A stretch of DNA of 64,000 nucleotides from the human T2T-CHM13v2.0 reference genome, Homo sapiens. The translations under genes and the position numbers were made by a program. Below are positions 1-13,155 of the stretch, piece after piece. The first letter of the stretch is position 1. Every line of letters starts with the position of its first letter. Under the pieces are notes generated by a model. That model worked only from the letters and a program-made list of their open reading frames with translations, was not told the origin of the DNA and ran no database searches. The stretch lies in assembly GCF_009914755.1 (NCBI RefSeq), contig NC_060927.1, one strand, 5' to 3'.

Positions 1-514
1 GCTGTCCATTAATCTTGTTGGAAGGACGATCTACCTTCAGAGTGTCTAAATCAGGGCTCCTGGGCTTTGTTGTATGGTTTTGTCTGCACCACTCTGCTTT
101 AAAGTCCAGAACTGTAACTGACAAGTCTTGAGTTTTAGGAGACTGGGCCTGACTGCAGGCCTTTAAGGAGAGCTGTAGTTAACTCCAGGTGAGGAGTGAG
201 ACCTACAGCAGGGAAGAGGCCCTGGCCTCAGGGCACCAGGGTAAAGTCCAGCTTTCCCTATGATACCTCTAAACCAGAAGTTCCTCAAGGGGATTAGGCC
301 TAGGTAGACCATGAAGACAGTACCCAGAAGAGACAAACCAAGACTACAGGGTGAGAAAAGTCAAGTAGGAGGCCAGGAGAAGATTTCAAGTTGTGTGTTC
401 CATTTGGTTTCAGTGGATTCATTACTTCTACATACCTTGTCTGCAGGCTCCAGACATCTGTCCTCTGATGCAGGCTTCTATGGAGATAGGTTTAGTAATT
501 TCATAAGAAAATTA

Positions 515-1363
515 CAGGCAGTCCCTATTTAGCAAGAGTCATATGCAAGAGTTTCAGTTACCACAGTTTAGTTAAATGATGCCAGTCCTCCAACAACACA
601 GCTAAAATTTCAGCTGCCATGGCATATGAACCATGAATAAGTGCATGAAGTAAATACTTTGCCGCTAACTCTACAGTCCACAAATCACTACATAAGGAAA
701 AGATGTACATCATAATGATTGGCCAGTCACATCACTTCTTTCAACTTCTGTGGATGGCTGAACCTGCTTATCTGTTGTTTATTTCACGTACAGACAGTAA
801 AGTGTGTAGTTGGGTTGCTTCCTTTTCTCAGCGATAAACTCATGGGACATTTTACAAAAATGGATAATGGAAAGAGGGAATTGAATTGGCCAACAAAAAT
901 GAAAGTACAGTAAAGATATGAAAACCAATCATGTGCAAAGTGAAATTTGACTGGAATATAAATGGAGATATAGAAGAAATAGCTCACAATAGGAATGTTG
1001 ACACTGCAGACATTCAAGAGACTCTGGATATGCAGGCAGAGGAATTCATAAAATACAGCACTGACATCAGTGAGAAAGGATGTCAGAATGAAAAAAGATG
1101 TCTCAGAGGAAGTAATAATGGCCGAAAAAAAGAAAAAACACACAAAAAAACCCCACTTTCCATTAAAAAGAAAACTCTTATAAATATTTCGAGACATTGA
1201 AAACACAAGGGATAAAATTTTGGAAGTTGATTCAAACATGAAAAGGAGCATGACAATTTCCCAAGACATAGAAAACAATGCTCACTCCATCCCTCCATTG
1301 CATAACTCCTCCTCAAGTTATACAATAAGAAGGCCAGAAGGTAAGGACTGTTCAGACTACTCT
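515..1363 (+). mobile_element. TcMar-Tigger DNA transposon (Tigger13a-like), 5' part
   Basis: Starts TA|CAGGCAGTCC (TA target, Tigger-type terminus). ORF 931-1200 (NINGDIEEIAHNRNVDTADIQETLDMQAEEF) resembles the acidic C-terminal transposase remnant. Breaks off at ...ACTGTTCAGACTACTCT. Confidence 0.75.
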
Positions 1364-1369
1364 AGGTTA

Positions 1370-4300
1370 CTGAGCTTTCATTAAACTTTTATATCATTGT
1401 AGATTCACATTTAGTTGTATGAAATAACATAGAAATATGCCTGTATCATTTACTCAGTTTCCCTCAAAGGCAACACCTTTCAAAACTGTAATACAAAAAT
1501 CACAACCAGTGTAATGACATTGATACAGTCAAAATACAAAACACCTCCATCAGCACAGAGATTCCACATATTGCTCTGTCATAGTCATACCTACTTCCCT
1601 CCTGCCCCACCCCTCTCTAAGCTGTGGCATCTACCAATCTGTTTTGCATTTTCATAATTTTGTCATGTTAAGAATGTTTTGTAAATGACGCTATATAGTA
1701 TGTAAACTTTTGAATTAGATTTCTTTATAATTCTATGGAAAGTCATCCAGGTTGCTGTGTGTATCAATAGTGTGTTCTTTTTTACTGGTGAATAGTATTC
1801 CGTGGTATAAATGTACCACAGTTCATTTAACCATTCATACACCGAAGAACACCTAGGTTGTTTTCAGTTTGGTACTATTATCAATAAAGCTGCTATAAAC
1901 ATTTGTATACTAGTTTTGTATGAACATAAGTCATCACTTCTAAGGGATAAGTTCCTGAGGGTTCAAGTGCTACGTCATAAAATAGCTGTAGGTTTAACTT
2001 GTTAAGAAACTACCAAACTGTCTTCAAACTGTCTGGCATTTTACATTCCCACCAGCAATATTTGATGACCCAGTTTCTCTGCATTCTTTTTTCTATGTTG
2101 ACTCTTCCAATTCATGAATATAGTATGTCTCTCTATTTATTTAGGTCTTATTTTATTTTTTTCATCAACATTTTGTATACTGACGAAACCTATAAAGGTA
2201 TACTAGCCTATCCATGTTTTGTTAGATTTACACCTAAGTGTTTACTTTTTTTCAGCAATTGTAAATGGTGCTGTATTTTAATTTACGGATTTATGAGTCC
2301 AGATGTTCATTCTAGTGTATATAAATACAATTGATTTATATATGTTTAAATCATATATTGCAACCTTTCTAAACTTGCTTATTGCTTCTGGCAGGTGGAT
2401 TGTAGATTATTTGGGATCTTCTATGTCAACAATAATATCATCTTTAAATAAGGATAGTTTCTTTCTTTCTTTCTGGTCTGCATGCCTTTTATTTCCAGTT
2501 CTTGATTTATTGCACCAACTAGAATATCCAGCACTATGTTGAATGAGAATTATGAAAGCAGACATCTTTGCATTGCTCCCAGTCTTGGGAGAAAACCATT
2601 TAGTCTTTCACCATTAGGTATCATATTACATATAGATTGTTGTACATCAAGTTGTTTATCAAGATGAAGATGATTGACTCTGTTGCTGTTTTTCTGAGTT
2701 TGAATCACGAATGGGAGTTGAATTTTGTCAAATGCCTTTTTGGTAATTTTTTTATTATTATTATTATACTCTAAGTTTTAGGGCACATGTGCACAATGTG
2801 CAGGTTAGTTACATATGTATACATGTGCCATGCTGGTGTGCTGCACCCACTAACTCGTCATCTAGCATTAGGTATATCTCCCAGTGCTATCCCTCCCCCC
2901 CTCCCCCCACCCCACAACAGTCCCCAGAGTGTGATGTTCCCCTTCCTGTGTCCATGTGATCTCATTGTTCAATTCCCACCTATGAGTGAGAATATGCGGT
3001 GTTTGGTTTTTTGTTCTTGTGATAGTTTACTGAGAATGATGATTTCCAATTTCATCCATGTCCCTACAAAGGACATGAACTCATCATTTTTTATGGCTGC
3101 ATAGTATTCCATGGTGTATATGTGCCACATTTTCTTAATCCAGTCTATCATTGTTGGACATTTGGGTTGGTTCCAAGTCTTTGCTATTGTGAATAATGCC
3201 GCGATAAACATATGTGTGCATGTGTCTTTATAGCAGCATGATTTATAGTCCTTTGGGTATATACCCAGTAATGGGATGGCTGGGTCAAATGGTATTTCTA
3301 GTTCTAGATCCCTGAGGAATCGCCACACCGACTTCCACAATGGTTGAACTAGTTTACAGTCCCACCAACAGTTGATATGATCATGTGGTTTTTCTTTCGC
3401 CTGTAAATATAATGGGTTACATTGATTTTATTATTATTATTGATTCAGGCTTTCATAACACGAATAAACTTCATTTGGTAATGCATGTAATTATTTTAAT
3501 ATATTGCTAAATTTTATTTGCTAATATTTTGTTAATGATGTTTGCATCTATATTTATGAGGGATATTGGTCCCCAGCTTTTGTTTTTGTGTTTTGTTTGT
3601 TTGTTTTAGGCACTATCTTTGCCTAGTTTTGGTATTAGTAATGCTAACTGAATAAAACAAATTGAATATGTTCCTCCTCTCTTATTTTTTGGAGATGGTG
3701 TATAATTGATGTTAAATCTTCTTTTAATATTTGGTAGAGTTCTGCAGTGAAATCACTTTGGCCTAGATGTTTCTGTTTTGGGGAATTTTAAATTAAATAT
3801 TTAATTTCATTAATAGCTCTTATGGCCATTAAAATGATCATTTTATACTAGGGGAGTTATAATAGTCTGTGTTTTGTAAGAATTGGTCTATTTCACCTAA
3901 GTTGCTAAATTTATGTCTGTAACGTCGTTCATAGTTTTTGCTTTTCTCTTTAATGTGTTGAGACTTAAGTCTGTCATTGTATTTATTGTTTTCTGATTGT
4001 TCTGTTTTTTTCGCATATCTGATTTTTTTCTGTCTTGCTGTGAGTTACTTGAACTTGTTTTTGTAATTGTAGTATGACACATCTGTAGTGTTTTTGAGTG
4101 TCTCTCTGTGCGAAGCTTTTTTAGTGCTTGCTCTAAATATATACATAACTTATTGCAGTCCACTGGTTTAGTCACTTAACCTGCTCAAGCGAAGAGTTGA
4201 AACCTTACCACTCACTACGTCCCTTTACAAATATTTTCTTCACGTACAGTAGAACCACGTTAGACAATACTACAACTTTTGCTTTCCATGTTGAGATCTA

Positions 4301-6168
4301 ATTTAGAAGATAAAAGAAGACAAGGAAAATCTATTTATTTATCCACATTTTTTGCTTATTGCATTCTTTCTTCTTTTCTGATGTTCCAAGTTCCCTTTTT
4401 TAAAAAACAAATTATTTTCTTTCTGTTTAGAGAACTTCCTTTAGCCAGTATTTTAGGGTAAGTCTGCTGTTGATAAAGTATCTTGGTTTTTCTTCATCTG
4501 AAACTGTCTTGATTTCCTCTTCATTTCTGAAGCATATTTTCTCCGGGTGTAGGAATCTGGGTTGATAGTTCTTTTTATTCAGTATTTGAAAAATGTGCTA
4601 CTTCCTTCTGACCACCAAGATTTTGGATGAGAAATCCTCTGCTGTTTAAATCATTTTCCCCCAGAGGTAAGGTGTCATTTCTTTGTTGTAGCTTTCAACA
4701 TCTGTTTTATTATCTTTACTTTTCAGAAGTTTGACTATGACGTATCTGGGTGTGGATTTCTTGGGTTAATTATGCATGGAATTATGCGTTTTCTTAATCT
4801 CATTTATGTGTTGTGCCATATTTTGGAACTTACAGCAATTGTTTCTTTGAGTACTTTTTAGCCTTCCACTCTTTCTCCAATGACACAAATGTTAGATCTT
4901 TTATCTCCCACAAGTCACTGACGTTTGAGAATAAACTGAAGTTTATTTTTCTCTGCTGGCCAGATTGGGTAATTAACATGTATTGTTCCATCCTCAAGTT
5001 CACTGCTTCTTTGTTCTGTTCCCTTCATTCTGCCATTGTCCATTATCCATTAACTTTTCTATGTTGGTTATTGTGTTTTTCAGTTCTAAAATGCCCATTT
5101 GGTTCTCTTTCATGTCTTCCATTATTTTACTGAGATTCCTTATTTTGTGGGGGAGACTTTATTTTTTCATTTGTTTCAACCATTCTTGTAGTTTGTCCTG
5201 GAAATATTTCATTATGGCTGCTTTAAAATTCTAAAATTCTTTTCCGATAATTCTAACGTCTCTGTGATCTTGGTATTAGCATCTGTTGATTGTCTTTTTC
5301 ATTCAATTTTAGATCTCCCGTGTTTTTGATGTGATACATGAGTTTGATTGAAACTTTGTCATTTGGGTATTTCATTGTGAGTTGCTGGATCTTATTTAAA
5401 CTTTTTGGTTTAGCTTGATTTTGTCACCTCCATCAAGGGAAAGAGGTCTGCTGTTTTGCTACTGCCTTGTGAAGTCCAGCTTCCCACAGATGAGTGAAGA
5501 CTCAATCACCATTGACACCTGAAGAGGGTGGGCTCCTCTTTATTACTGGGAGGGGGTTAAAGTTCTGATTCTCCATCAGCCCTCCTCTGACATCATCCTA
5601 GCAGTAAGGAGAAGGGGATCATTGTTATTCCTGGGTGAGATGAAAGTCCCAGCCTCCTACTTGGCCTTCTCTGACTCAGCCCTAGTTGGGGAATTAGAGT
5701 CCCTTGGTATGGGCCATCCAACCTGGAAGTCTAAGCTCACACTTGGCCTTTGATGAGTAATGGTGAAGGTCTCATTTTTTTTTTTTCTGATATGTTGAGC
5801 TAGAGTAGTACCGTTACTGTCTCAAAACTTTCTTTCTTACTAGGTTGCCCCTTTCCTGATCCTTTGGCTAGAGAGCAGCTTTTCTTGCTGATTTTAATTG
5901 TTTGTGCCCATTGGTATTTCCAAATCTCTGGTTTCTCCTTCTCCCAGTCTGGGGTATACGTGGGATATAAGAGATAACATGAAAACCCAGGAGCTCACCA
6001 CCATGTTCCTTGGGTAGTAAGGTCCCTAGCTGGTTTGTCTTCTTTTCTCCACCTAGGAGAGTCTCTTTATGTTTGTTTCATATATATAATTTACAGAGAA
6101 TTTAGTTGCACTTAGTGGGAAAATAAGAATATAAAATATCTATTTCATCTTTCCAGAAGGGGAGGTCC
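1370..6168 (-). mobile_element. Ancient L1M (L1MC/L1MD-type), both ends present, internally deleted
   Basis: 3' UTR at 1370-2080 (tgtagattcacat...tgacattgatacagtc), ORF2- and ORF1-like T-rich antisense sequence, and L1M 5'-end motif (gttgcacttagtggga...catctttccagaaggggaggtc) at ~6100-6168. Confidence 0.8.
2747..3372 (-). mobile_element. Young 5'-truncated L1 (L1PA2-like)
   Basis: Poly-T/TTA tail, near-consensus L1 3' UTR, and intact ORF2 C-terminus (ORF 2969-3340, ...KTKHRIFSLIGGN). Confidence 0.97.
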
Positions 6169-6170
6169 TG

Positions 6171-6441
6171 TCTTGATAAGTTTTATTTACAAATAGAACA
6201 CTTTCTCAATTGTTTAATGTTTTAATTACAGTGTACTAAATAAATATTAGTTTTGCTTTTTTATTTCTTTATATATTCATAAATGCTAGTAAGAGAGGTT
6301 TTTGTTTTGACAAAGATGTTTACAAGTTACAGAACAATTGTAATTTCTCCTTTTTATTTATTAAGATTGCTTTTTGTATAGTTTCAGCTTAGACTCCTCT
6401 TTTTTTGTTTCTACATTACCATGAAAAATGAGAATAGCATG
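6171..6441 (+). mobile_element. Tigger13a-like transposon, 3' part
   Basis: Resumes at tcttgataagtttt, where the 5' part stopped. Contains ttacagtgtactaaataaatattagtttt and ends in a degenerate TIR (gagaatagcatg). Confidence 0.7.
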
Positions 6442-6869
6442 CATTTTCATACTTTAAGATGGACTATGAATTTCTTTCTTTTTCCAGTCTTCTTTTTTTT
6501 CCCCTTTCTCTTTCCACAAAAATGTATTATGCACTAGGAAGTCTATAATGCACTGGGGATACAAAAATGACTAAAATGTATCAGTACCATCCTAGAGTTT
6601 ATGGCCAAGTGATAGGCATAGGTCCTTTTTAGTGGAAAAGATATTATACATTCTGAGTGTTATTTTTCTCTACTGTTACTTAAATATGTGCATAACATAA
6701 AGTGTGGTACGATCTGCAAATGTTGTAGAGCTTATTTAGCAATAAAACAAAAACATTATACAAATTAATTCAGTGCAGCTTCAGAAACACATAAGTATTA
6801 AAAAAACCCAAGCAAAATGAATAATAGCAATATTTTAAGACATGACATTGATAGAACCCTCACCATCTC

Positions 6870-6955
6870 CCTACACACATTATCCTCTTCAGTCCTCCTA
6901 ACAACCTATGACACAGGTGTCTTTATTAACCCTTTTTACTGATGAGGAAATTGTT
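6870..6955 (-). mobile_element. MIR fragment
   Basis: tcctcctaacaacctatga...ccctttttactgatgaggaaatt matches the MIR core. Confidence 0.65.
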
Positions 6956-7334
6956 ATATTTAGAAGATAAATTACATTCCAGAAATTTGGGGCATCTTGT
7001 ACCATGAGCATTCTTCTGTGTGCTTTCTGGGGTCTAGAGGAAAGTCAGCAGTTTTTTCAGTGTGTTGATATGCACCTTATTCAGAATTTATTTCCAGAAT
7101 ACATACACCTCTATGTGTTACCATCCCTGCTATAGGTTTTAAAACCTTCCAATTCTCTTTTACCTCCAAGCCTCTCAAACAACAAGAATGCTTCTTCAGC
7201 TATATTGAAGATGTTGCCTCTAAAAGATGGATATTATTTTTCAACCTTGCTTTTGGAATAGGATGAATATTTTATTCCCCTTGTAAAATTATGTGAACAA
7301 TTCTGAAGCAACTGCGTATATCTTAAGTCTAATA

Positions 7335-7740
7335 TTTACGTCCTGTACAATGTAGCTCCAGCCTCCACCCACAGCCTCGCCTTCTGCCATCCCAGGCTCC
7401 ATATTCCCCTTGTTTCTAACTACATCAGACAACAGACTGGTCTGTAAAAGTACCATACGTTCCCCTGCCTCCAGGCCTTTGTTTCCATTATTTACTCTGT
7501 CTGGAATTTTGTTTCCCGTTTTGCCTCTCACCATTTGGTTCAAGTGTCATCTCTTTTAGGAAGTATCAAACTGGTCAGATTGAATGTCTTCTGCATAACT
7601 ATAATAATTTGTTTAATTATCATGGTAGGATTTGTTTTCTGTGCTTGGGGAATAATTTGTAAGCAGGGATCCTGTATTCTCAACTTTAAGCACAGTGCTG
7701 GGCACATAGTGGTTGCTCAATGAATGTTTGTAGAATTGGA
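7335..7740 (+). mobile_element. L2 3' end
   Basis: cctgcctccaggcctttg...ctggaat; ends agcacagtgctgggcacatagtggttgctcaatgaatgtttg. Confidence 0.75.
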
Positions 7741-8719
7741 TTAAGGAGTATTTTTCAGTGGCAGCTGTGATGCCTCCCCCAGATATATTTTTATCATTCC
7801 ACTCATGGGTTGTCCTTTTTACTTCAGGCCTTTTGCATGTTAATCATTGAGTGGAATTCCAAGGTGACTTTCAAGTAATATGTTCTATTATTTATTTTAG
7901 CAAAGAAATGTGCTTTTTCCTCTAATAAACAAATATATATTTGTTGATGTTGACTTATCTTTGGATATTTCTCATGAAGTATAACTCTTTTCTTAAATAA
8001 ACTTCTAGTAGAATAGACAAGTACTATACTATTAAATTGTTAACTCAATAAGTAAACATAGAGTGCTTTCGTAATATTTAAGTTGCTCTTTAGCCCTGTG
8101 AATTGAAAAATACAAATATTTAAAAATATAACTAACTCAACATTTACAAATTTTTTAACACCTGCTGAGCTATTATCATCAGCAAATGCTGAATATTTTT
8201 GTGGAATTAAGCCCAAGAAAGAACTGCTTTAGGCATCATGTATTTATTTGCATATTTTCATTTTTTTCTGATAAAAACATCTGACATTTGAGATGTCTAA
8301 TTGCACAAGATAAATATCGTTAAAAAGCACTGCTATCCCACTAGGAAGACTGAAGTTGAAAACATCTGAGAGATCATGATGACATCCTAGTACTGTATCC
8401 TTATTATTGTGAAACATGCCTAACTGCAGAGAAACCCTCATTTATAAAACTCTCAGATCATAACGTAGTATAAGTATGTTTCAACATTGTTGCCATAAGC
8501 AAGAGTATGCACTTCCCAAGGATAATTTCTATGACGATCCAAACAGCACTCAATAATGTCTCACTATTTTCTAATGTTCCCAATTTATCCTTGGGTAGGA
8601 TAGCCTATAAGTAGTTCATTGGTCAAGACTCAAATTTCTGAGATAAGAGTTAGCCTCATTTGATTTAAGTAGGTGCTCATCTATATCAAAAACAAAAACA
8701 AAACAAAACACAAAATCGT

Positions 8720-8895
8720 GAGTTAGAATGAAGGCCTGATTTAATTTCCAGGCCCCATCAATTTACTAAGAGTGTGGACAATGCTTCTTAACTTCCTTGA
8801 GAGATCTATTTTCCTAACCTCTAGAGCTTTCCTAGCAATTCTCTGTCTTGCTAAATCACATAGTTGCTATACGAATTAAATGAGATGATGGGTTT
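8720..8895 (+). mobile_element. MIR
   Basis: Degenerate MIR: ...atttactaagagtgtg...cttaactt...aattaaatgagatgatg. Confidence 0.55.
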
Positions 8896-9307
8896 AATGA
8901 CTCCTTTCACAAGATGGGTAGAAATATTTCCAGCTAACTAAATATGATCTATTTATGTATTATTATTGTTATATAAAAATGTTTTACAAACTCTAAAGTT
9001 GCGTATAAAATGAGGTGGCATTGTTCTCTCTCTGTCTCTTCAGGGAATTACTCCAGTATCTTCGTCTATTCTGAACTATTGCCGGACCAGTTATTTTGTG
9101 TGCTGTAGACACTCAATAAATGGTATCAGACTAACTTGCCTAGCAGGCTGCCCTGTCTCTACCAAGGATCTCCCATTCTTCACACAAGTTGCATTTAGCA
9201 GACTTCCTTTTCTCATTCATTTCCATTAAAATGTGTCTTGCTCTGTAATGATGATAAGCCAAACCTTTTCCAGGACTCTAATTATTTGATCATTTCATGT
9301 TATAAAA

Positions 9308-9450
9308 AATGTAAGTTCTACTAGGAAAGGACTTTATCTGTCTTGTATGCTACCGAACCCTAAATGCCTTCTTGGTGCTGATCACAATAGTAGGTGCTCA
9401 ATACATACTGAATGAAGTAATGGATGAAGGATGGATGAATGGATGGATGG
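9308..9450 (+). mobile_element. L2 3' end with (TGGA)n-like tail
   Basis: aatgtaagttc...tagtaggtgctcaatacatactgaatgaa...tggatggatgg. Confidence 0.7.
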
Positions 9451-9724
9451 AAGGCTTTTATACTAAGGCTGTAAACTCATTAAGGGCTGAGCTGGCTTGT
9501 ACTAATGGATATATCCAAGTTACCAAGTGAAGGGTAATATTTGTTGATAAAAGCAAAGGCTAGGGTATTAATCCTCCCTAGTAACATATTATAGTTTATT
9601 TCTAATTAGGAAAATTAATACGTTAATTAAAAAGTAAAATTTAAGAAGAAGAAAATGTGAAGCAAGTCTTGTGGCACATGAGAGTTTTTGTCATGTAAAT
9701 ATTTTCCTTTTCCATATAGCAGCA

Positions 9725-10090
9725 GGGACCACGAGGGGTTGTTAGCCTGGAGTAGAGACTACTCAGAGAAGCTACAACTACAGTTGTCTTTAAAAATGTA
9801 ACAATATGTCAAGATGAAATGGTCATATTTCTTCTGTATGGCCTTATCTGCAGAAACTATAAGGTAAAGAATTGTTTAATTGAACATAATTAACAATTAA
9901 CATAATTGTTTAATTGAACATAAACCTATCATGCTTATAACTCAAACAATTATTCTGAGGTTAGTAAGTGATGCATCACTCAAGGTATTCAAGTCGAAAC
10001 TGCATGACCATCTGGTGATCTTTAGTCATATGTTGTAGGGATGTTGGCAGAGGATGAGAACAGTTGATCTCCAGATTTGTTCCTAGTTAG
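9725..10090 (+). mobile_element. L3/CR1 LINE 3' fragment
   Basis: gttgttagcctggagtagaga...gttgtctttaaaaat and catcactcaaggtattcaagtcgaaactgcatgaccatctg match L3 3' consensus motifs. Confidence 0.7.
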
Positions 10091-10545
10091 AAACAGCTCA
10101 CCATAAAGACTCAAGAAAAATATCACAAGTTGAAAAGCTCCATTTTGCCTATATATAAGTCCAAGCAAATCTAACTATTGAAAGACTTTATTTTCATGAC
10201 TTGAAATGCATTAAAACTTTCACTGGGATTCCCCAAATCCTGGTCCTATTATACATATGCCATTAGGTTGGTCCTCAAATTTGGCAATTTCAGAGACATG
10301 ACCACTGATAATTACACATTATATAAACAGCTAAACAGCTGGGCACCTATGAAGAACTGCCTTCTAATGATCATTTCTTGATTAAATTCAGGTGCCATAT
10401 CACAATGTGGAAACTTTGTATTTCTGCTATATAAACCCTCAGTGAAGGAAATAATATTCTAAGTATTTCTCAACAGATTCTGGCAATGTGGTATCATAGA
10501 AAGCTCTCTGGGTCCACTGCAGAGACAGCATTATAAAGGGGATAT

Positions 10546-10591
10546 TTCTCTCTCTCTGTCTTTCTCCCTCTCTCCCTCTCTCTCTCTCTCT
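10546..10591. repeat. (TC)n imperfect microsatellite
   Basis: tctctctctctgtctttctccctctctccctctctctctctctct. Confidence 0.9.
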
Positions 10592-11569
10592 GATTCAATA
10601 TCATATATGACAACTAGATTATTATCTGAAACATAATAAGTGCCCAGTAAATATTGGTTGTTCGGGGGCTATACATACTGATATATTAAGTACATCACGA
10701 CTTTAAAGAAGTACCAGGAGATTTTACAGACATTTGCTTTAGTCTAAATCTAAAAAGGCATTTCACTCCCACACCAAATGATGCCATTTAAAATGGTGTT
10801 GATTGTAGCAAACAAATGCTTTGGATATCCACCTTCCCTGGATACCCAAACTAGCTCCAGGTCAGAGGAAAAGTGGAACAGGGGGCCAGGGTAATATGAG
10901 TGCTTCTTGGATGATATGCCCCTTGAACAAAGAGTTAAGGCACCAACTGGCTTCCAAAGGACACAGAGTTGGCCATCAATTGGCTTAGGAGGGGATAAGG
11001 GAAATAATTTATCATCAGATGAAGTCACTCATACCAGGTTTATGGATCTGTTCAAGATGGCTGTCATGCTTTGATAAGGATTGGTTCCCTTTTTATTTGG
11101 AAATTCTGGATCCCACATTAGGCAGCTAAACAGATGGTCTTGGTTATAGTTTCCAAGATCCCTAGAGGTAACCCAATAAGTGCACTCATACTATATGCAC
11201 TCACCACCAATACAATCCAAACATTTAGTCACATAAAACATTGCCGGAAATGTTAATTTTTCAATAGGAAACTCAACATCTCTTATGATTTAATGAATGT
11301 AATTAGTCTATTTTAGGATTTAATATGTAGAATTACTCTCTACAATTAAACTTATATTTGAGTAATATTCAAACAACTGCTGATGCACAGTTCAATTGAA
11401 CTGATTAAAACAGTGTATTTACAACTTCAAAGCTTACTGATGATCTTTAGAAAACACCTCTGGGGAATGCTGAAAATATTTATTCTTTGTAGTAAAACAG
11501 TGTGTTTGTGGATTGTCTGGAACTGCCTGGATCTGAGCAAAATCTCTGCACCTCCTCTCAACTTCACTT

Positions 11570-11686
11570 CTGTTTGACTTTACATAAATCACTTAAGCTA
11601 CCAAGGTTTCTACTATCATTTTTAAAAGAAAGAGATTGGAGTATATAGACCCCCAAGCTCCCTTTAGCTCTAAAGCCATGATTCCG
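11570..11686 (+). mobile_element. MIR3/MIRc fragment
   Basis: tgactttacataaatcacttaa...ccctttagctctaaagccatgattc. Confidence 0.55.
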
Positions 11687-13016
11687 ACTTATGTCACTCA
11701 CAATGGTGATCAGATGGCCCTCTGACAGGGGCTCAGAATGGAATGGTCAAGTGTGAGCATTCACTGGAGGAAGTACCCAGGGGAATATTAATAACCTGAA
11801 GGTAATATTCCTTTATGGTGATGGAGGTTCAAATGGCTCTTGAATCACACTCCAGTCTAATAGAGAGTCTCATTCCATTATTATTTTTAACAGTGACATA
11901 AGTGGAGGACATTAGCATGGGGTTTCTCGTTCTGTTAGGGCTGCACAGGGATTTCTTGAGCTGAGCAAAGGAAAAATGACTGACTGTACTTTTAATTTAT
12001 TACTTTTATTGACTTCTGCAGCACCAGTGCAGTTGTACTCAGAAAGCCCATACTAGCTAATAAAATAGGACTTTAGAATTGATGTAGCAAATAAAATGCC
12101 AAATAAGAATGCCATTATTATTAAAATGTAGTGACACTATTGATTTAAAATAAATATATTAGCCAGTTTGCTGTGCGTTTAGGACTGGACTCAGATGTTG
12201 GAGGCACCATTTGGGTTACAGGTTTACATGACAAATGAAAGGCCTCTTACAAGGAGTAATGCAGTTTTATGTTGCAGTTTTATGTGGCAGAATTACCATG
12301 GAAATGGAAATGAATCCTGAAACTAAATAGGACCGTGAATACCCTGTCTTCTGAGTTCAGCTTGCCATTTTACATAGAAAGTTCGCAGGAAGCTTACCAT
12401 GGTTTCCCTTTTAAATGAAAAATTATAGACCTATTATTTCTCAACTCATATCATTATTGAAACTTTTCTTTTCTCTGGAATTAGTATGAAGATGGTAGGC
12501 TTACACAAAATAGATCCTACCCCTCCTCTCATGCCTCCGCTGGATTTTTCTTTCACACACAAACACATACACACCCCTCATACCTCTGCTTTGCAACTCC
12601 GGGTGGTATATAATTACCAATTTTTCTTTATGAGTCACAGTGCAGGCATGATCCTGAATGGTTTTTAAAGACACAGTTTCTAAAAGGCCATGGTGATTTG
12701 TTGGTATGTTAACCAGTGTCTAGATGTGGCTCCCAGGGAACAGCCTCAGGTGAGAGGAGAAAATTTCCCCTGCAATTCAGCACATCTTGATATATACATG
12801 TGCATATTTGTGTGCATATGTACTATTTGCAGAAAATGCCTCCAAATAAACACATTAGTAAATTCTTGCTATTTTGCTCTTGGACTTGTAAATTTAACTA
12901 AGAAATCCTGATGGATGACTAGTTTTTTCTTTATCCTCCAATTCCAAGTACTCTTGGACTGGCATATCTTCTGTGAATAAGTGCCCGTGAGCCTTGGTTA
13001 TCAGGCTAAGATGTCC

Positions 13017-13155
13017 TTTTATTTATTTATTTATTCATTCATTCATTTAGTACAATCATCACCACTATTTATTTCCAAAAATTTTCATCACCCCAAACAG
13101 AAACTCCCTATTCTCCTTTCCCCAAACCCCTGGTAACCTCTAATCTACTTTTTGT
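13017..13155 (-). mobile_element. L1MB-type 3' end fragment
   Basis: caatcatcaccactatttatttccaaaaattttcatcaccccaaacagaaac...cccctggtaacctctaatctact. Confidence 0.7.

Noticed and set aside
8489-8503. RFX-like site GTTGCCATAAGCAAG
   Set aside because: The second half-site is degenerate and there is no supporting context.
10750-11075. Processed pseudogene or coding exon (92-aa ORF in non-repeat DNA)
   Set aside because: No recognisable homology in the frames I read, and no polyA tail or TSD. A tBLASTx search would settle it.
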